Positions 21,662-33,856 of a DNA stretch of 64,000 nt are shown here, piece by piece. Position numbers and translations under genes: made by a program. The notes under the pieces were generated by a model. The model did not search any database, had not been told where the DNA came from, and saw only the letters and a program-made list of their open reading frames with translations. The DNA comes from an uncultured Gemmatimonadaceae bacterium. GTDB lineage: Bacteria > Gemmatimonadota > Gemmatimonadetes > Gemmatimonadales > Gemmatimonadaceae. The stretch covers positions 832,001 to 896,000 of the forward strand of contig CAWHHI010000004.1 in NCBI GenBank assembly GCA_963829055.1, read 5' to 3'. Each line of letters begins with the position of its first letter. Position 1 is the stretch's first letter.

Positions 21662-23464
21662 TCAGGTCCGACGCTCGGCTGCCTCCGACGATCGTTTCGC
21701 GGGCGCCGTATCGGCGACGTGCTCGCCCGCCGCCGAGCCAGTCTCACCGGCCGCCTCCGGTACGGAGCGCGGCTCGAGCGGCAGCGTCAGCGTGAACCGC
21801 GAGCCCTGACCCAACTGACTGTCGACGCGCACATCGCCGCCGAGTAGCCGCGCCAGCTTGCGCGACACGGCGAGGCCCAGCCCGGTCCCGCGCGCGATCG
21901 AGTCGCCTCGTCCACCCGGCCGCACCTGCTCGAACTCGTCGAAGATCCGGCCGAGGTCCGCCGGTGCGATCCCAATGCCGGTGTCTTCCACGGCGATCGA
22001 GATCGACTTCGTTTGCGCGACGTCGCTGACCTTCGCCACGATCGTGACGGATCCCCGCTCGGTGAACTTGATCGCGTTCGTCAGCAGACTGACGAGAATC
22101 TGGCGGACGTGGCGCGGGTCGCTGACGAACGCCGGAAGATCGCGTGGCACGACCATGTCGAGCCGCACGCCCTTCGCCTCGGCAACCGGTTCCACCATCG
22201 AGATGACGCCCTCGAGCAGGGGCTCGAGCACAACCGTACGGCGCTCCACATTCATGCGGCCGACTTCGATCTTCGACAGATCGAGCACGTCGTTCACCAC
22301 GTGAAGCAGGTGATCGGCGGCGGCGCGAATGCGGTCGTGTGCGCCACGCAGTTCCGGCGTGACTTCACCGTAGAGCCCGGACAGCGCGAGTGAGTTGTAC
22401 CCGACGATGGCATTGAGCGGTGTACGCAGCTCGTGAGAGACGTTGGCGAGGAACCGGCTCTTCGCCATGTTCGCCTCGGTCACCTGCTGCGCACGTTCCT
22501 CGAGCCGCACGTTCGCGTCGAGCAGATCCCTCGACAGCAGCTCGAGGTTGAACGAGTGCATCGCGATACGCTCCGCGCGCGCGTCCTCGCGCAGCACGAG
22601 CAGGAATACAATGAACAGGCTGGTGAGGCCAACCACCCACATGGCGACGCGGGCGGCTCGCGGCTGGAACACGCCAATGGGCACCGCGAGATCCCAATGC
22701 GTGCCACCGGGCAGCATCACACGCTGCGTCGAGAATTCGGCGACGCGATTCGGATAGCGCGGCGAAACCGCGAGCAGGCGCCCCGTGCTGTCGGCAATGC
22801 GATAGCCGAACCGCCCTTGCAGTCGTGGCGTGAGGAGCCTGCGGAGCATCGGGCCGTACGCGACCGCGGCGCCCACGTATCCCGTTAGGCGATCGTTGAC
22901 GATGATCGGATCGTAGATCACGAAGCCGAGTGTGTCGGGGCGGAGCACAATGACGCCGGTGGTCGCCGGAGCGCGCGTGTCACGCGCTCGCGTCAACGCT
23001 TCTCTCGTCTCGGCCACGAGCAGATGATTCTCGCTCGCGATGTCGTCCGCGGTGGCCACACTCGGGATCGCCTGGCGTACTGCGCCCGTCTCGTCGAGGC
23101 GGAAGATGCGCACCACCTCGGGGCTCGATGCGACGATCGCGTTTCCAATCGCATCGAGTCGCGCGCGCTCTTCCCGGGGCGTCGCTGCGGCGGCGAGGAG
23201 CCGGCGCACGCCGTTGATCGACGCGGCGCGATTCTGCACGGCACCTTCGATCATGGCGTCCGCTTGAATAGCGAGGTCAGCGGCACTCTTGCGGTAGTCG
23301 CTACTCAGCCGCCCGTCGAGGTAGTTCAGGCACACGACGCCTGACACGAGGAACGCGAGCAACGGGAGTCGCCAGAGAATCGGTCGCTTGCCTTCCCACC
23401 CCGGTTTGGTCGTCGGGGCCCGAACTCGTTCGCCCGGATGGGGTTGTGCCTGACGCTCTTCCAT
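21662..23464 (-). CDS. Membrane sensor histidine kinase with periplasmic (CHASE-like) domain
   Basis: Two TMs; AKSRFLANVSHELRTPLN, LLTNAIKFT, DTGIGI, GTGLGL. Confidence 0.92.
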   Translation of the reverse strand: MEERQAQPHPGERVRAPTTKPGWEGKRPILWRLPLLAFLVSGVVCLNYLDGRLSSDYRKSAADLAIQADAMIEGAVQNRAASINGVRRLLAAAATPREERARLDAIGNAIVASSPEVVRIFRLDETGAVRQAIPSVATADDIASENHLLVAETREALTRARDTRAPATTGVIVLRPDTLGFVIYDPIIVNDRLTGYVGAAVAYGPMLRRLLTPRLQGRFGYRIADSTGRLLAVSPRYPNRVAEFSTQRVMLPGGTHWDLAVPIGVFQPRAARVAMWVVGLTSLFIVFLLVLREDARAERIAMHSFNLELLSRDLLDANVRLEERAQQVTEANMAKSRFLANVSHELRTPLNAIVGYNSLALSGLYGEVTPELRGAHDRIRAAADHLLHVVNDVLDLSKIEVGRMNVERRTVVLEPLLEGVISMVEPVAEAKGVRLDMVVPRDLPAFVSDPRHVRQILVSLLTNAIKFTERGSVTIVAKVSDVAQTKSISIAVEDTGIGIAPADLGRIFDEFEQVRPGGRGDSIARGTGLGLAVSRKLARLLGGDVRVDSQLGQGSRFTLTLPLEPRSVPEAAGETGSAAGEHVADTAPAKRSSEAAERRT

Positions 23465-23630
23465 TCCTCGCGACGCTGCTCTGGTGAGTGTGACTCATCG
23501 CACATAAGCAAGATCAAGGCAATGATCAGGCCCATCGGAGCATACGAACGGAGTGGAAAACTTCGCGAAGAGGAGGGACCTTCTGTGAGGTCGTCGTAGC
23601 AGGCTGGTTCTGCGCGATTCGGAACGGCGG

Positions 23631-23731
23631 AACGCAGAGCGCGCTGACCGCGCAGAACGACGCAGAAGAGAAATGAACACATCGCTCTTGCCGTTTTCTG
23701 CGTGGTCTGAGCGCTCTGAGGCTTCTGCGTT
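23631..23731. repeat. Imperfect inverted repeat built from CGCAGA units
   Basis: AACGCAGA...CGCAGAA...CGCAGAA facing TTCTGCG...TCTGAG...TTCTGCGTT. Confidence 0.55.
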
Positions 23732-23878
23732 GCGTAGTACCAGTCCGCCTGGATCGAAATCGAGGCCCCGACCTACCAACCACGATGACCTTCTACAGGG
23801 CCCGTCATCTGCCCGCTGCGCGGGCTCCGGGTCGGGACGACACGCCTCCTCCTTGCGGTTCTTTCCTAACGCCTGAGG

Positions 23879-23919
23879 AAAAAAAATCGTCCCGCGCAGA
23901 TGCATTTGCGCGGGACGAT
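23879..23919 (-). terminator. Rho-independent terminator after tRNA-Val
   Basis: On the minus strand: ATCGTCCCGCGCA-loop-TGCGCGGGACGAT followed by a T-run. Confidence 0.85.
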
Positions 23920-23992
23920 GGGCGGTACAAGACTCGAACTTGTGACCTCCACGATGTCAACGTGGCGCTCTAACCAACTGAGCTAACCGCCC
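23919..23992 (-). tRNA. tRNA-Val(GAC)
   Basis: GGGCGGTTAGCTCAGTTGGTTAGAGCG-CCACG TT GAC AT CGTGG-...GTTCGAGTC. Confidence 0.97.
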
Positions 23993-24041
23993 GGTCGTGA
24001 CAAACACAAACTACGACGGGTTATGTGGCTGAGAACGTCAG

Positions 24042-24114
24042 AGCGGGAAACGGGACTCGAACCCGCGACCCCAACCTTGGCAAGGTTGTGCTCTACCAAC
24101 TGAGCTATTCCCGC
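24042..24114 (-). tRNA. tRNA-Gly(GCC)
   Basis: GCGGGAATAGCTCAGTTGGTAGAGCA-CAACC TT GCC AA GGTTG-...GGTTCGAGTCC. Confidence 0.97.
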
Positions 24115-24191
24115 GACATCCGACACCTGACTGCAGCGTCGCCTTCACCCGGTGGATCCGACTCCGCTGAGAAAACTGATCTCGGTGGAGA

Positions 24192-24264
<73 letters not shown>

Positions 24265-24282
24265 GGGCATCAGGAACCGAAA

Positions 24283-24311
24283 ATTGTACCCAGGGGTAGA
24301 GCGAAAGTCAA
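24283..24311 (-). promoter_or_regulatory. Sigma70 promoter of the tRNA Ala-Gly-Val operon
   Basis: TTGACT-17 bp-TACAAT on the minus strand, just upstream of tRNA-Ala. Confidence 0.8.
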
Positions 24312-24501
24312 GAAAAGGTGCTCTGGCGAAAGTGCGACGGGCCAGTATTTTGCAGCACCTTTTTCTCAGATGAACCCGTGCGAAAACACACGCGCCGCGC
24401 GACAATCGCGAGACGCGTGTCTCAGTGAAGAGCAACGAGCTCTCCACACGCCGGCTCCGACATACGCGACCATTCGCTGATCGCTCGAGGAATTCGAAGA
24501 A

Positions 24502-25389
24502 ATGACTGAAGTCAAGCGCCGCCGCCGTCGCGTGGTGCCCGCAGGCATAGCTCCCAGCGAGCCAGAGCGGGATATCCTTGATCAGTACCTATACGAAGTC
24601 AGTACGTATCCGCTGCTGAAGGGCACACAGGAACTCGAGTTGGCGCGCAAGATCCGCGCGGGCGATCAGGATGCGCTCCAGGAGCTCGTCAAGCGCAATC
24701 TCCGTTTCGTCATTTCGGTCGCGAAAAAATATCAGAATCGCGGCATGCCGCTCATCGATCTGATTGGTGAGGGCAACGTCGGGCTGCTCACGGCCGCGAG
24801 AAAGTTCGATCCCGATCAGGGCGTGAAGTTCATCTCGTACGCGGTGTGGTGGATTCGTCAGGCGATTCTCTCGTCGCTCGCGCGGCAGGGACGCACGGTA
24901 CGCGTGCCGCTCAATCGAACCGCTGACCTGTCGCGCATCATCAAGGCGTCCGAGATCCTGCGCCAGAAGCTGCGTCGCGAACCAACGCCTGAAGAGTTGT
25001 CGCAGCTCACCGGACTCTCCGTCGATGTCGTGCAGTCGCTCGCCGCGCTCAACACGGGTGACGTGCGACTGGATGCGCCGATGGATCCCGAAGGCGATCG
25101 CTCACTCATCGAGCGCTTCGTCGCCGACGAGATGCCCGACACCGAGGAAGAGGCGATGAATCGCTTCCTCACCGACGAGATCGAGCTGGCGCTCGGTACG
25201 CTGCCACCGCGTGATGCACGCGTGCTGCGTCTGTATTTCGGACTCGAAGGTGGACGCGAACACACGCTGGAAGAAATCGGCTCGATGCTCGGCGTCACGC
25301 GCGAGCGCGTGCGCCAGCTTCGCGACCGCGCACTCAAGCGCCTGCGCGAGGGCGATGTCGGCCGTGCACTGGGTAGCTTTGCTGCATGA
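24502..25389 (+). CDS. RNA polymerase sigma-70 factor, short RpoD/SigA family (no region 1.1)
   Basis: LDQYL (1.2), NLRFVISVAKKY, DLIGEGNVGL, KFISYAVWWIRQ, TLEEIG...TRERVRQ. Confidence 0.93.
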   Translation: MTEVKRRRRRVVPAGIAPSEPERDILDQYLYEVSTYPLLKGTQELELARKIRAGDQDALQELVKRNLRFVISVAKKYQNRGMPLIDLIGEGNVGLLTAARKFDPDQGVKFISYAVWWIRQAILSSLARQGRTVRVPLNRTADLSRIIKASEILRQKLRREPTPEELSQLTGLSVDVVQSLAALNTGDVRLDAPMDPEGDRSLIERFVADEMPDTEEEAMNRFLTDEIELALGTLPPRDARVLRLYFGLEGGREHTLEEIGSMLGVTRERVRQLRDRALKRLREGDVGRALGSFAA

Positions 25390-25437
25390 GTGTCGTGCGT
25401 GGCTGATGGCTGATAGCCCCGCGCGTTCGCGCGCGTT

Positions 25438-25511
25438 GCGCCCGTAGCTCAATCGGATAGAGCGTCTGACTTCGGATCAGAAGGTTGGGGGTTCGAGTCC
25501 CTCCGGGCGCA
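25438..25511 (+). tRNA. tRNA-Arg(TCG)
   Basis: GCGCCCGTAGCTCAATCGGATAGAGCG-TCTGA CT TCG GA TCAGA-...GGTTCGAGTCC. Confidence 0.95.
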
Positions 25512-25533
25512 CGTGAATCAACGGTAGGCGATA

Positions 25534-25569
25534 GTCGAACGGGGCGGCCAATTGGCCGCCCCGTTCGAC
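25534..25569 (+). terminator. Strong hairpin after tRNA-Arg(TCG)
   Basis: GTCGAACGGGGCGGCC-AATT-GGCCGCCCCGTTCGAC perfect inverted repeat; no clear U-tract. Confidence 0.55.
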
Positions 25570-25706
25570 ATCCTGCCCTAGGTGCGGACTGCTCGCGATC
25601 GACGTAAGATATGTGAGAACGCTGCTTGCTCTTTGTTGCTTGCTCGTCGCTGCTCGCTCGCCGTTTCTTGCGGGTTGCCGATGGCTGATGGCTGATAGCG
25701 ATTCAT

Positions 25707-26456
25707 ATGATCCAACTCGTAGACGTCCATAAGAGCTTCGGTCCGAAACGCGTCCTCGACGGCTTCACGCTCGACGTCGTCGAGGGCGAGACCATGGTCA
25801 TCATCGGCTATTCGGGGACCGGGAAGTCCGTCGCGATCAAGCACATCGTCGGACTCCTCGAGCCGGACCGCGGCACCGTCTTCGTCGACGGGCTCGAAGT
25901 GCCGGCGCTCAAGCGACGCGAGCTCTACGAGCTCCGCGCGCGCATCGGCTACGTGTTCCAGTTCGCGGCGCTGTTCGACTCGCTCACCATCGGGGAGAAC
26001 GTGGCGATGGGGCTGCGCAAGCAGGGCAGCCTCGACGAACGGAAGATCGACGAGCGGGTGAACGAGACGCTCGAGCTGGTCGACCTGCCTAACGTCGCGA
26101 CGCGGTACCCGGCCGAGCTGTCCGGTGGCATGCGCAAGCGCGTTGGTATCGCGCGGGCCATCGCCCTGCGCCCGAAATATCTGCTGTACGACGAGCCCAC
26201 CACGGGACTCGATCCCGTCACCAGCGCGGTCATCGATGAGCTCATGATCCGCATGCGCGACCGACTCGGCGTCACGAGCATCGTGATCACGCACGACATG
26301 CGGAGCGCCTACCGTGTGGGAACGCGCATCGCGATGCTGTACGACGGACGGGTGCGCAGCGTCGGAACGGTCGAGGAGATCCAGCAGACGAAGGATCCGG
26401 TCGTGCGCCAGTTCATCGAAGGGCGCGCCGACCTCGACGACCCGCAAGCTGCCTAA
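25707..26456 (+). CDS. ABC transporter ATP-binding protein (MlaF/Mkl family)
   Basis: GYSGTGKS, FQFAALFDSLT, LSGGMRKRV, LYDEPTTGLDP, ITHD. Confidence 0.92.
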   Translation: MIQLVDVHKSFGPKRVLDGFTLDVVEGETMVIIGYSGTGKSVAIKHIVGLLEPDRGTVFVDGLEVPALKRRELYELRARIGYVFQFAALFDSLTIGENVAMGLRKQGSLDERKIDERVNETLELVDLPNVATRYPAELSGGMRKRVGIARAIALRPKYLLYDEPTTGLDPVTSAVIDELMIRMRDRLGVTSIVITHDMRSAYRVGTRIAMLYDGRVRSVGTVEEIQQTKDPVVRQFIEGRADLDDPQAA

Positions 26457-26457
26457 C

Positions 26458-26919
26458 GTGTCCCCGGACCGCGCACGGCTCGAGACCTCGGCGGGAGGCG
26501 TCGTCGTGCGCATGAGCGATGCCCCGGCCGGCATTGCGCAGCCGCTCTTCCTCATCATCCGCGACAGCTACGACAACTGGGGGTTTCCGAAGGGTCACGT
26601 CGAGATTGGCGAACAGCCGGAAGCCGCGGCACTCCGTGAAGTGACCGAAGAGACGGGACTGGAGAGCCTCACCGTTCGCAGCAGTATCGAAACAATCGAC
26701 TGGTACTTTCGCTTCCGCGGGCGGCTCATCCACAAGGTCTGTCACTTCTATTTGATGGTCACCGACCTCGCGTCCACCTCGCCGCAGCGCTCCGAAGGGA
26801 TCACGGCGTGTCGATGGGAGCTGTATGAGGAGGCCGCTCAGCTCCTGTCCTACGCGAACGCGCGCGACGTGCTACGCCGGGCCCACGAGCTGGTGACGTC
26901 CGAATCGTTCGCGACCTGA
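26458..26919 (+). CDS. NUDIX hydrolase (Ap4A hydrolase-like)
   Basis: SAGGVV; Nudix box WGFPKGHVEIGEQPEAAALREVTEETGL. Confidence 0.9.
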   Translation: MSPDRARLETSAGGVVVRMSDAPAGIAQPLFLIIRDSYDNWGFPKGHVEIGEQPEAAALREVTEETGLESLTVRSSIETIDWYFRFRGRLIHKVCHFYLMVTDLASTSPQRSEGITACRWELYEEAAQLLSYANARDVLRRAHELVTSESFAT

Positions 26920-26936
26920 TCCCGACCTGATCCCGA

Positions 26937-27744
26937 GTGGCCCTCCGCGCTCCCGTGGCTGCCGCGCCACCGTGCATCGTCGTCTTCGCGACCAGGGAGC
27001 GTGTGCGCACCGCGGCCCGCGCCGCGTTTCCGCGACGACGCGCCCGCCTGATCATGGGGCGGACCGCGACCGAGTTCGGCGCCGCCTTCCACTCCACCCT
27101 CGTCGACGCCGCGCTGGTAGACATCGGCTCGGCCGCGGACGAGGCATGGCGCGCGGCGGAGCTGGCTCGCGAGTTTCCGAGCTTTCCGTTCTTCGCCATC
27201 ACACCCCTGCGCGGCACCGACGGGCCGGCGGTCGCACGGTGCGCGGCCCTCGAGTTCGCGGATGTCGTCGTCGACGGCGTGGACGACGAAGCGCTGCGCG
27301 ACCTGGTGCTCCCATTGACATTCTCCACGCGCTTCTTCGACGCCCTTCAGGAGCCGCCGCCCTCACTCGGCATCACCCAACCGATGCAGTTCGCCGCGTG
27401 GCGCTGCGTCGTCGCGCAGGCGGGCCGCACGCTTCGCACGAATGCGCTCGCCGAAGCGATCGGGGTGACGCGCGAGCATTCTCAGTCGGACGTTCGCGGC
27501 TGAGGGCGCGCCGAATCTCAAGCGCGTCATCGATCTGGTGCGCCTGATCGCCGCGGCGGAGCTCGCGAAGAATCCCGGCTACGACATCGGGGACGTAGCC
27601 CGAATCCTCGGCTTCGCATCGTCGTCGCACCTCTCGAGCACGGCCCAACGCGTGGTCGGCACACGGCCCGCATCGCTGACGCGGCTCCGTGCAGTCGATC
27701 TCATCGACAGATTCTCGCAGGGACGATATCGTAGTCGTAGTTAG
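26937..27744 (+). CDS. AraC-family regulator with degenerate REC-like N-terminus; frameshift near 27480
   Basis: LAEAIGVTREH[L]SRTF after removing one T; second HTH DVARILGFASSSHLS in ORF 27538..27744. Confidence 0.75.
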
Positions 27745-27756
27745 GCCCTGAATTGG

Positions 27757-27919
27757 GCTGCACGCTGGGCACACCTGCCGACGGCTGCATGCTGCGGCCG
27801 CACGCTGCCCGCTGCTGCTATTACCGCCTAGGACACCACGCGCTGCTCGCTGCATGCAGCCGCACCCAGCGTCACCCAGCAACAAGCACGACCACCCAGC
27901 CACCAGCTTGTAGTTGCCC
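27757..27919 (-). repeat. ~160-bp dispersed 7-mer-based repeat (copy B)
   Basis: Reverse complement aligns with 13344-13493; lies directly 3' of the four-helix-bundle gene. Confidence 0.85.
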
Positions 27920-27930
27920 AGCCCCAGTCC

Positions 27931-28338
27931 TTAGTCCCCAGTCGCCAGCAGTGGCAGCGCCGCCGGCGGCGACCGGTCAGGCGGATGCTCCACGTGATTC
28001 AGGTAGTTCGACACGCGTTGTGACAGCGACGCCACGCGCGACGCGAGTTGGGCGTGAACCGACGCCGGGATGATCCCGCTGACGCGCGCGATCGCCAGTT
28101 GAGTTTCTACCGTCACCAGCGAACGTCGCGCGCGCGCGTAGCACTCCCGCTCTTCCGCTGGAGTCGGGCGCGTTGGAGCCTCCGCGATCGCGCTCGCGGC
28201 CGCCGACGAGGCCAGCATGAGCGCGTCGGTGAACGCTTTTGTTTCGCGTCGAGTCACGCGACGGACGACGCGGATGACGTCGGCGGCGAGGCCCACGGCC
28301 TCCTGCCAGACTTTCGTATCTCTTGCGGTGCCTGCCAT
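27931..28338 (-). CDS. Four helix bundle protein (23S rRNA IVS / Avd-like family), divergent
   Basis: RDTKVWQEA...SAIAEA...[15 protein letters not shown] follows the family pattern RDLxVWQ...NIAEG...ARGSLxExETQL. Confidence 0.75.
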   Translation of the reverse strand: MAGTARDTKVWQEAVGLAADVIRVVRRVTRRETKAFTDALMLASSAAASAIAEAPTRPTPAEERECYARARRSLVTVETQLAIARVSGIIPASVHAQLASRVASLSQRVSNYLNHVEHPPDRSPPAALPLLATGD

Positions 28339-28461
28339 GGCGCGAAAGTATCTACTTCCATGCCCGGACCACCATCTTATTGGCGCGCGGGGGTGCTCGA
28401 CGCCGCATGGGTGGCTACTATCCTACAGTCTCGCCCGACCGCTCTGGCACAGTTCCGCATC

Positions 28462-28490
28462 TTGCCCGTATTCCTTGCTTGTGATAATTT
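28462..28490 (+). promoter_or_regulatory. Candidate atpAGDC promoter
   Basis: TTGCCC-17 bp-TAATTT with an extended TG, in an AT-rich patch about 50 bp before atpA. Confidence 0.45.
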
Positions 28491-28537
28491 TCACAAGCCT
28501 TACGGACACGGTTCGACCCCTCCTTTCTTCTTTTCCC

Positions 28538-30109
28538 ATGGCATCCGAAACCACGCTCCGTCCCGGCGAGATCAAGGACATCCTGCTCCGCGAGATCGAA
28601 GCCGCTGACCTTCACGAGCTCGACGTCGAGGAAGTCGGTACCGTCCTCGAGGTGAGGGACGGGATCGCGCGCATCTATGGGCTTCAGAAAGCGATGGCGG
28701 GCGAGATGCTCGAGATCCAGTCGTCCGAGACCGGCAACCAGGTCGTCGCCCTCGCCCTCAATCTCGAGGAAGACAACATTGGCGCGATCGTCCTCGGCGA
28801 CTATCTCCAGCTGAAGGAAGGCGATAGCGTCCGTCGCACATCGCGCGTGCTCGAGGTCCCCGTCGGTCCCTCACTCGTCGGCCGCGTGGTCGACGCGCTG
28901 GGCAACCCCATCGACGGTCTCGGGCCCATTGCCGCGACACTGACGCGCAAGGTCGAATCGCCGGCGCCCGGCATCATCGTCCGTCAGCCCGTGAAGGAGC
29001 CGCTGCAGACCGGCCTCAAAGCGATCGATTCGATGATCCCGATCGGCCGTGGTCAGCGCGAGCTCATCATCGGTGATCGCGGGATTGGTAAGACGGCGGT
29101 CGCGATCGATACGATCATCAATCAGAAAGGGCAGGGCGTCGTCTGCGTGTACGTCGCCATTGGCCAGAAGGCGTCCACGGTGGCGTCGGTGGTCGAGCGG
29201 TTGAAGACGAGCGGCGCGATGGAGTATACGATTGTCGTCGTTGCAGCCGCGTCCGACCCGGCGCCGATGCAGTACATCGCGCCGTACTCCGGTTGCGCGA
29301 TGGCCGAGTACTTCATGTACAACGAAGGGCGGCCGACGCTCTGCGTGTACGACGACCTGACAAAGCAAGCCGCTGCGTATCGCCAGATCTCGCTCGTGCT
29401 CCGACGCCCGCCGGGTCGTGAGGCGTACCCCGGCGACGTGTTCTACCTCCACTCCCGTCTGCTCGAGCGCGCCGCGAAGATGCGCGAGGATACGGGGATC
29501 GTGGACAACAAGACGATCTTCAAGCCCGGCGGATCGCTCACGGCGCTTCCGATCATCGAAACGCAGGCAGGTGACGTGTCGGCCTACATTCCAACAAACG
29601 TCATTTCCATCACCGACGGCCAGATCTTCCTCGAGTCCGACCTGTTCTTCGCCGGCGTCAAGCCCGCGATCAACGTCGGTATCTCGGTGTCGCGCGTCGG
29701 CGGCTCGGCTCAGGTGAAGGCGATGCGTTCGGTCGCGGGACGTCTGCGACTCGACCTGGCGCAGTTCCGCGAGCTCGAGGCGTTCTCGGCGTTCGCGTCG
29801 GACCTCGACGCGGCGACGAAGCGTCAGCTCGATCGCGGCGCGCGTACGGTCGAGATCCTCAAGCAGCCGCAGTACACGCCGATGGCGGTCGAGCAGCAGG
29901 TGCTGACGATCTACGCCGCGACCAACGGCTACCTCGATGACGTCGAGGTGAGCCGCGTTCGCGAGTGGGAGAGCCAGTTCCACCAGTTCGTGGCCGCGCG
30001 CTTCCCGCAGATCACCGAGAAGCTCCGCACGGAGAAGGTGCTGTCGAAGGACACCGAGACCGATCTCAAGAAGGCGATCGACGAGTTCAAGCAGACATTC
30101 GCGAAATAA
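28538..30109 (+). CDS. atpA: F1 ATP synthase subunit alpha
   Basis: [49 protein letters not shown]. Confidence 0.99.
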   Translation: MASETTLRPGEIKDILLREIEAADLHELDVEEVGTVLEVRDGIARIYGLQKAMAGEMLEIQSSETGNQVVALALNLEEDNIGAIVLGDYLQLKEGDSVRRTSRVLEVPVGPSLVGRVVDALGNPIDGLGPIAATLTRKVESPAPGIIVRQPVKEPLQTGLKAIDSMIPIGRGQRELIIGDRGIGKTAVAIDTIINQKGQGVVCVYVAIGQKASTVASVVERLKTSGAMEYTIVVVAAASDPAPMQYIAPYSGCAMAEYFMYNEGRPTLCVYDDLTKQAAAYRQISLVLRRPPGREAYPGDVFYLHSRLLERAAKMREDTGIVDNKTIFKPGGSLTALPIIETQAGDVSAYIPTNVISITDGQIFLESDLFFAGVKPAINVGISVSRVGGSAQVKAMRSVAGRLRLDLAQFRELEAFSAFASDLDAATKRQLDRGARTVEILKQPQYTPMAVEQQVLTIYAATNGYLDDVEVSRVREWESQFHQFVAARFPQITEKLRTEKVLSKDTETDLKKAIDEFKQTFAK

Positions 30110-30110
30110 G

Positions 30111-30209
30111 GTCATTCCGAGCGGAGCGAGGAATCTTCTCGAACGTGATCGTGGCCGAACCTGCCACGAGAAGCAGTACAGAAGATCCCTCGCTAGCGCT
30201 CGGGATGAC
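30111..30209. repeat. REP-like palindromic element between atpA and atpG
   Basis: GTCATTCCGAGCGGAGCGAGGAATCTTCT...AGAAGATCCCTCGCTAGCGCTCGGGATGAC. Confidence 0.85.
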
Positions 30210-30234
30210 GGTGAAGCCCTAACGAGACAGCCGA

Positions 30235-31095
30235 ATGGCGAAAGGCCGTGAGCTGAAAGGCCGAATCAAATCGGTCGAGAACACGCGCAAGATCACGCGC
30301 ACGCTGGAAATGGTTGCGACGTCGAAGATGAAGCGGGCGCAGGATCGCGTGACGGCGACGCGTCCGTACGCGACCGTGCTCTCCGAAGTAATCTCCAGCC
30401 TCTACTCGGCCGATCTGGCGGAGCGATTCCCACTGCTGCGGCAGCCGGCAACGGTGCGGCGCGCGGCGATGCTCGTGCTGACCGCGAACCGGGGTCTCGC
30501 CGGTTCGTTCAATTCGAACATTCTCAAGGAAGCGCGCGGGCTGCTGACGCGCCTAACGTCGGAGAACGTCGACGTCGAGCTCCACGTCGTGGGACGCAAG
30601 GGCGTCGGCTACCTTCGATATATCGGCCGCGCTCTGGCGACGGCCCGCACGGACATCGGCGATCGCCCGACGGTGGGCGAGGCGGCGGAGCTGGTGGACG
30701 GGCTGATGGACCGGTTCGCGTCGGGCGCGCTCGACGCGGTGTACGTCGTGTCGGCGAGGTTCAAGTCGGCGCTGTCGACGCCACCCCACACCGAGCGGAT
30801 CCTGCCTGTGACGCCGCCCGAGCGGAAGGGCGTAGCACGCGACTATCTGTTGTTGCCGTCGGCTGAAGCGATTCTGACGGAGCTGTTGCCGTTGTACGTT
30901 CGAAACGCGGTCTATCGTGCGTTGGTCGAGAACGAGGCGGGCTTCCAGGGCGCGCAGCGGACCGCGATGAAAAACGCGACCGACAACGCGACCGACATGT
31001 TGAATCTGCTCAAGCGCAATTACAACCGCGCTCGGCAAGCAAACATCACGCAGGAAATTTCCGAGATCGTCGGCGGCTCAGCCGCGCTCGAGTGA
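30235..31095 (+). CDS. atpG: F1 ATP synthase subunit gamma
   Basis: RIKSVENTRKITRTLEMVA, RGLAGSFN, RTAMKNATDNA, RQANITQEISEI. Confidence 0.99.
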   Translation: MAKGRELKGRIKSVENTRKITRTLEMVATSKMKRAQDRVTATRPYATVLSEVISSLYSADLAERFPLLRQPATVRRAAMLVLTANRGLAGSFNSNILKEARGLLTRLTSENVDVELHVVGRKGVGYLRYIGRALATARTDIGDRPTVGEAAELVDGLMDRFASGALDAVYVVSARFKSALSTPPHTERILPVTPPERKGVARDYLLLPSAEAILTELLPLYVRNAVYRALVENEAGFQGAQRTAMKNATDNATDMLNLLKRNYNRARQANITQEISEIVGGSAALE

Positions 31096-32622
<1,527 letters not shown>

Positions 32623-32634
32623 GGTAGGAAGCCA

Positions 32635-32889
32635 ATGCCACTCCAGGTCGCGGTCATCTCGCCAGAACGGACGTTGTTCGAGGGTAGCGTCGACTCGCTC
32701 GTCGCGCCGGCGTTCGACGGGGAAGTCGGGGTTCTTCCCGGGCACGCACCGATGATGACGTTGCTCGGAAAAGGGCTGCTGCGACTGGGCTCCGGCGGAA
32801 ACGCCGGGCGTTTCCAGGTCGAGGGTGGGTTCCTGCAGGTCGTCGACGATGCCGTGCGGATCGTCACGGAGCGCGCGACGCAGGGCTGA
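32635..32889 (+). CDS. atpC: ATP synthase epsilon subunit, short form (beta-sandwich only)
   Basis: VISPER, GEVGVLPGHAP, GGFLQV; stops at 84 aa. Confidence 0.93.
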   Translation: MPLQVAVISPERTLFEGSVDSLVAPAFDGEVGVLPGHAPMMTLLGKGLLRLGSGGNAGRFQVEGGFLQVVDDAVRIVTERATQG

Positions 32890-32945
32890 TCGACAGTCGG
32901 CTGTCGTCGATCGTTCCACAGGAACGAGCGGCTCGAAAGAACGAC

Positions 32946-32983
32946 GAGGGGGCACCGCCAGCGGCGGCGCCCCCTCTGCTTTT
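32946..32983 (+). terminator. Terminator-like hairpin after atpC
   Basis: GAGGGGGC...GCCCCCTC stem followed by TGCTTTT. Confidence 0.6.
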
Positions 32984-33036
32984 CCCAACCCGCACTGCGC
33001 CAGATAGGCGTCCGAACGTCGCTGCAAGCATGGCCC

Positions 33037-33804
33037 TTGCAATTTGGTCGGGGCGTGAACCACTCCGAATCCTACCGCGCACTCAGCACCACGTTCGAGC
33101 CAGTGGCTTCGCGTCAGGCGGCGACCCGCCTGCGTCCGTGGGTAGTACGCCTCGTGATCGGTCTCTCCAGCGCGCTCACGGCGTCTGTCGGGCTGAGCGT
33201 CGGTGCTTGCAGTGCGGTCGCGCAGATGCCGACCATCCCTGTGCTGCAAAATGGGTTCGCGTCGCGGGGTATGACGCTCGCGCTCAACTACGGATCCGGC
33301 ACTGGAAGTGGCGCCTATGCGGTCGCCGCCGGGTGGGGGCCTGCTTCTCAGCGCTTCCAGATCAGCGGCGCACTTGGTGGCGTGCGTCCCGATACCGGTG
33401 GACCGTGGACGGGATACGGTGTGCGTGCCGCCATTCCCTTGTGGTCGGGAATGGCCGATCGACTCGGTGTCGCGCTGTTTGCTGGTGCGGGTGGCGCACG
33501 CCGCGACACGACATCGATTGCAAGGGTTCCAGTGGGGCTCGGTGTGGGTTATCGATTCGCGATTGGCGAGACGCGTAGCGTGTCCACGTATGCCTCGCCA
33601 TTTTTCGTCTGGTCGCGTCTGAGTGAGCGGGGCACCCGTGCTCAGGCCGACAACGCGATGCGCGGCTCGGTCGCGGTCGACCTCGTTCTGACGCGCAACG
33701 TCGGACTGACCGCGGGTTACGAGTTTGGTGGCGGGACCGGTGACGCCTCCCCTGGGGGGAGCAACCGAATCTTCGGCGCAGCCGTGTCATACGCGTTCCG
33801 TTAA
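33037..33804 (+). CDS. Hypothetical secreted / outer-membrane beta-barrel protein (start uncertain)
   Basis: Signal-like segment ending AVA-Q; Gly/aromatic alternating strands; ends VSYAFR. Confidence 0.6.
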   Translation: MQFGRGVNHSESYRALSTTFEPVASRQAATRLRPWVVRLVIGLSSALTASVGLSVGACSAVAQMPTIPVLQNGFASRGMTLALNYGSGTGSGAYAVAAGWGPASQRFQISGALGGVRPDTGGPWTGYGVRAAIPLWSGMADRLGVALFAGAGGARRDTTSIARVPVGLGVGYRFAIGETRSVSTYASPFFVWSRLSERGTRAQADNAMRGSVAVDLVLTRNVGLTAGYEFGGGTGDASPGGSNRIFGAAVSYAFR

Positions 33805-33856
33805 TCGAGCTCGCACTACCGATCCTTCGGAGAAAACTGAATGCGTAAGACTGAAC

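Noticed and set aside
23326..23535. Small hydrophobic peptide (MGLIIALILLMC...) upstream of the kinase
   Set aside because: Overlaps the kinase in another frame and has no clear RBS; cannot be supported.
28444..28460. Sigma54 promoter at TGGCAC (also near 14033 and 21133 on the minus strand)
   Set aside because: The GG-N10-GC spacing is not met.
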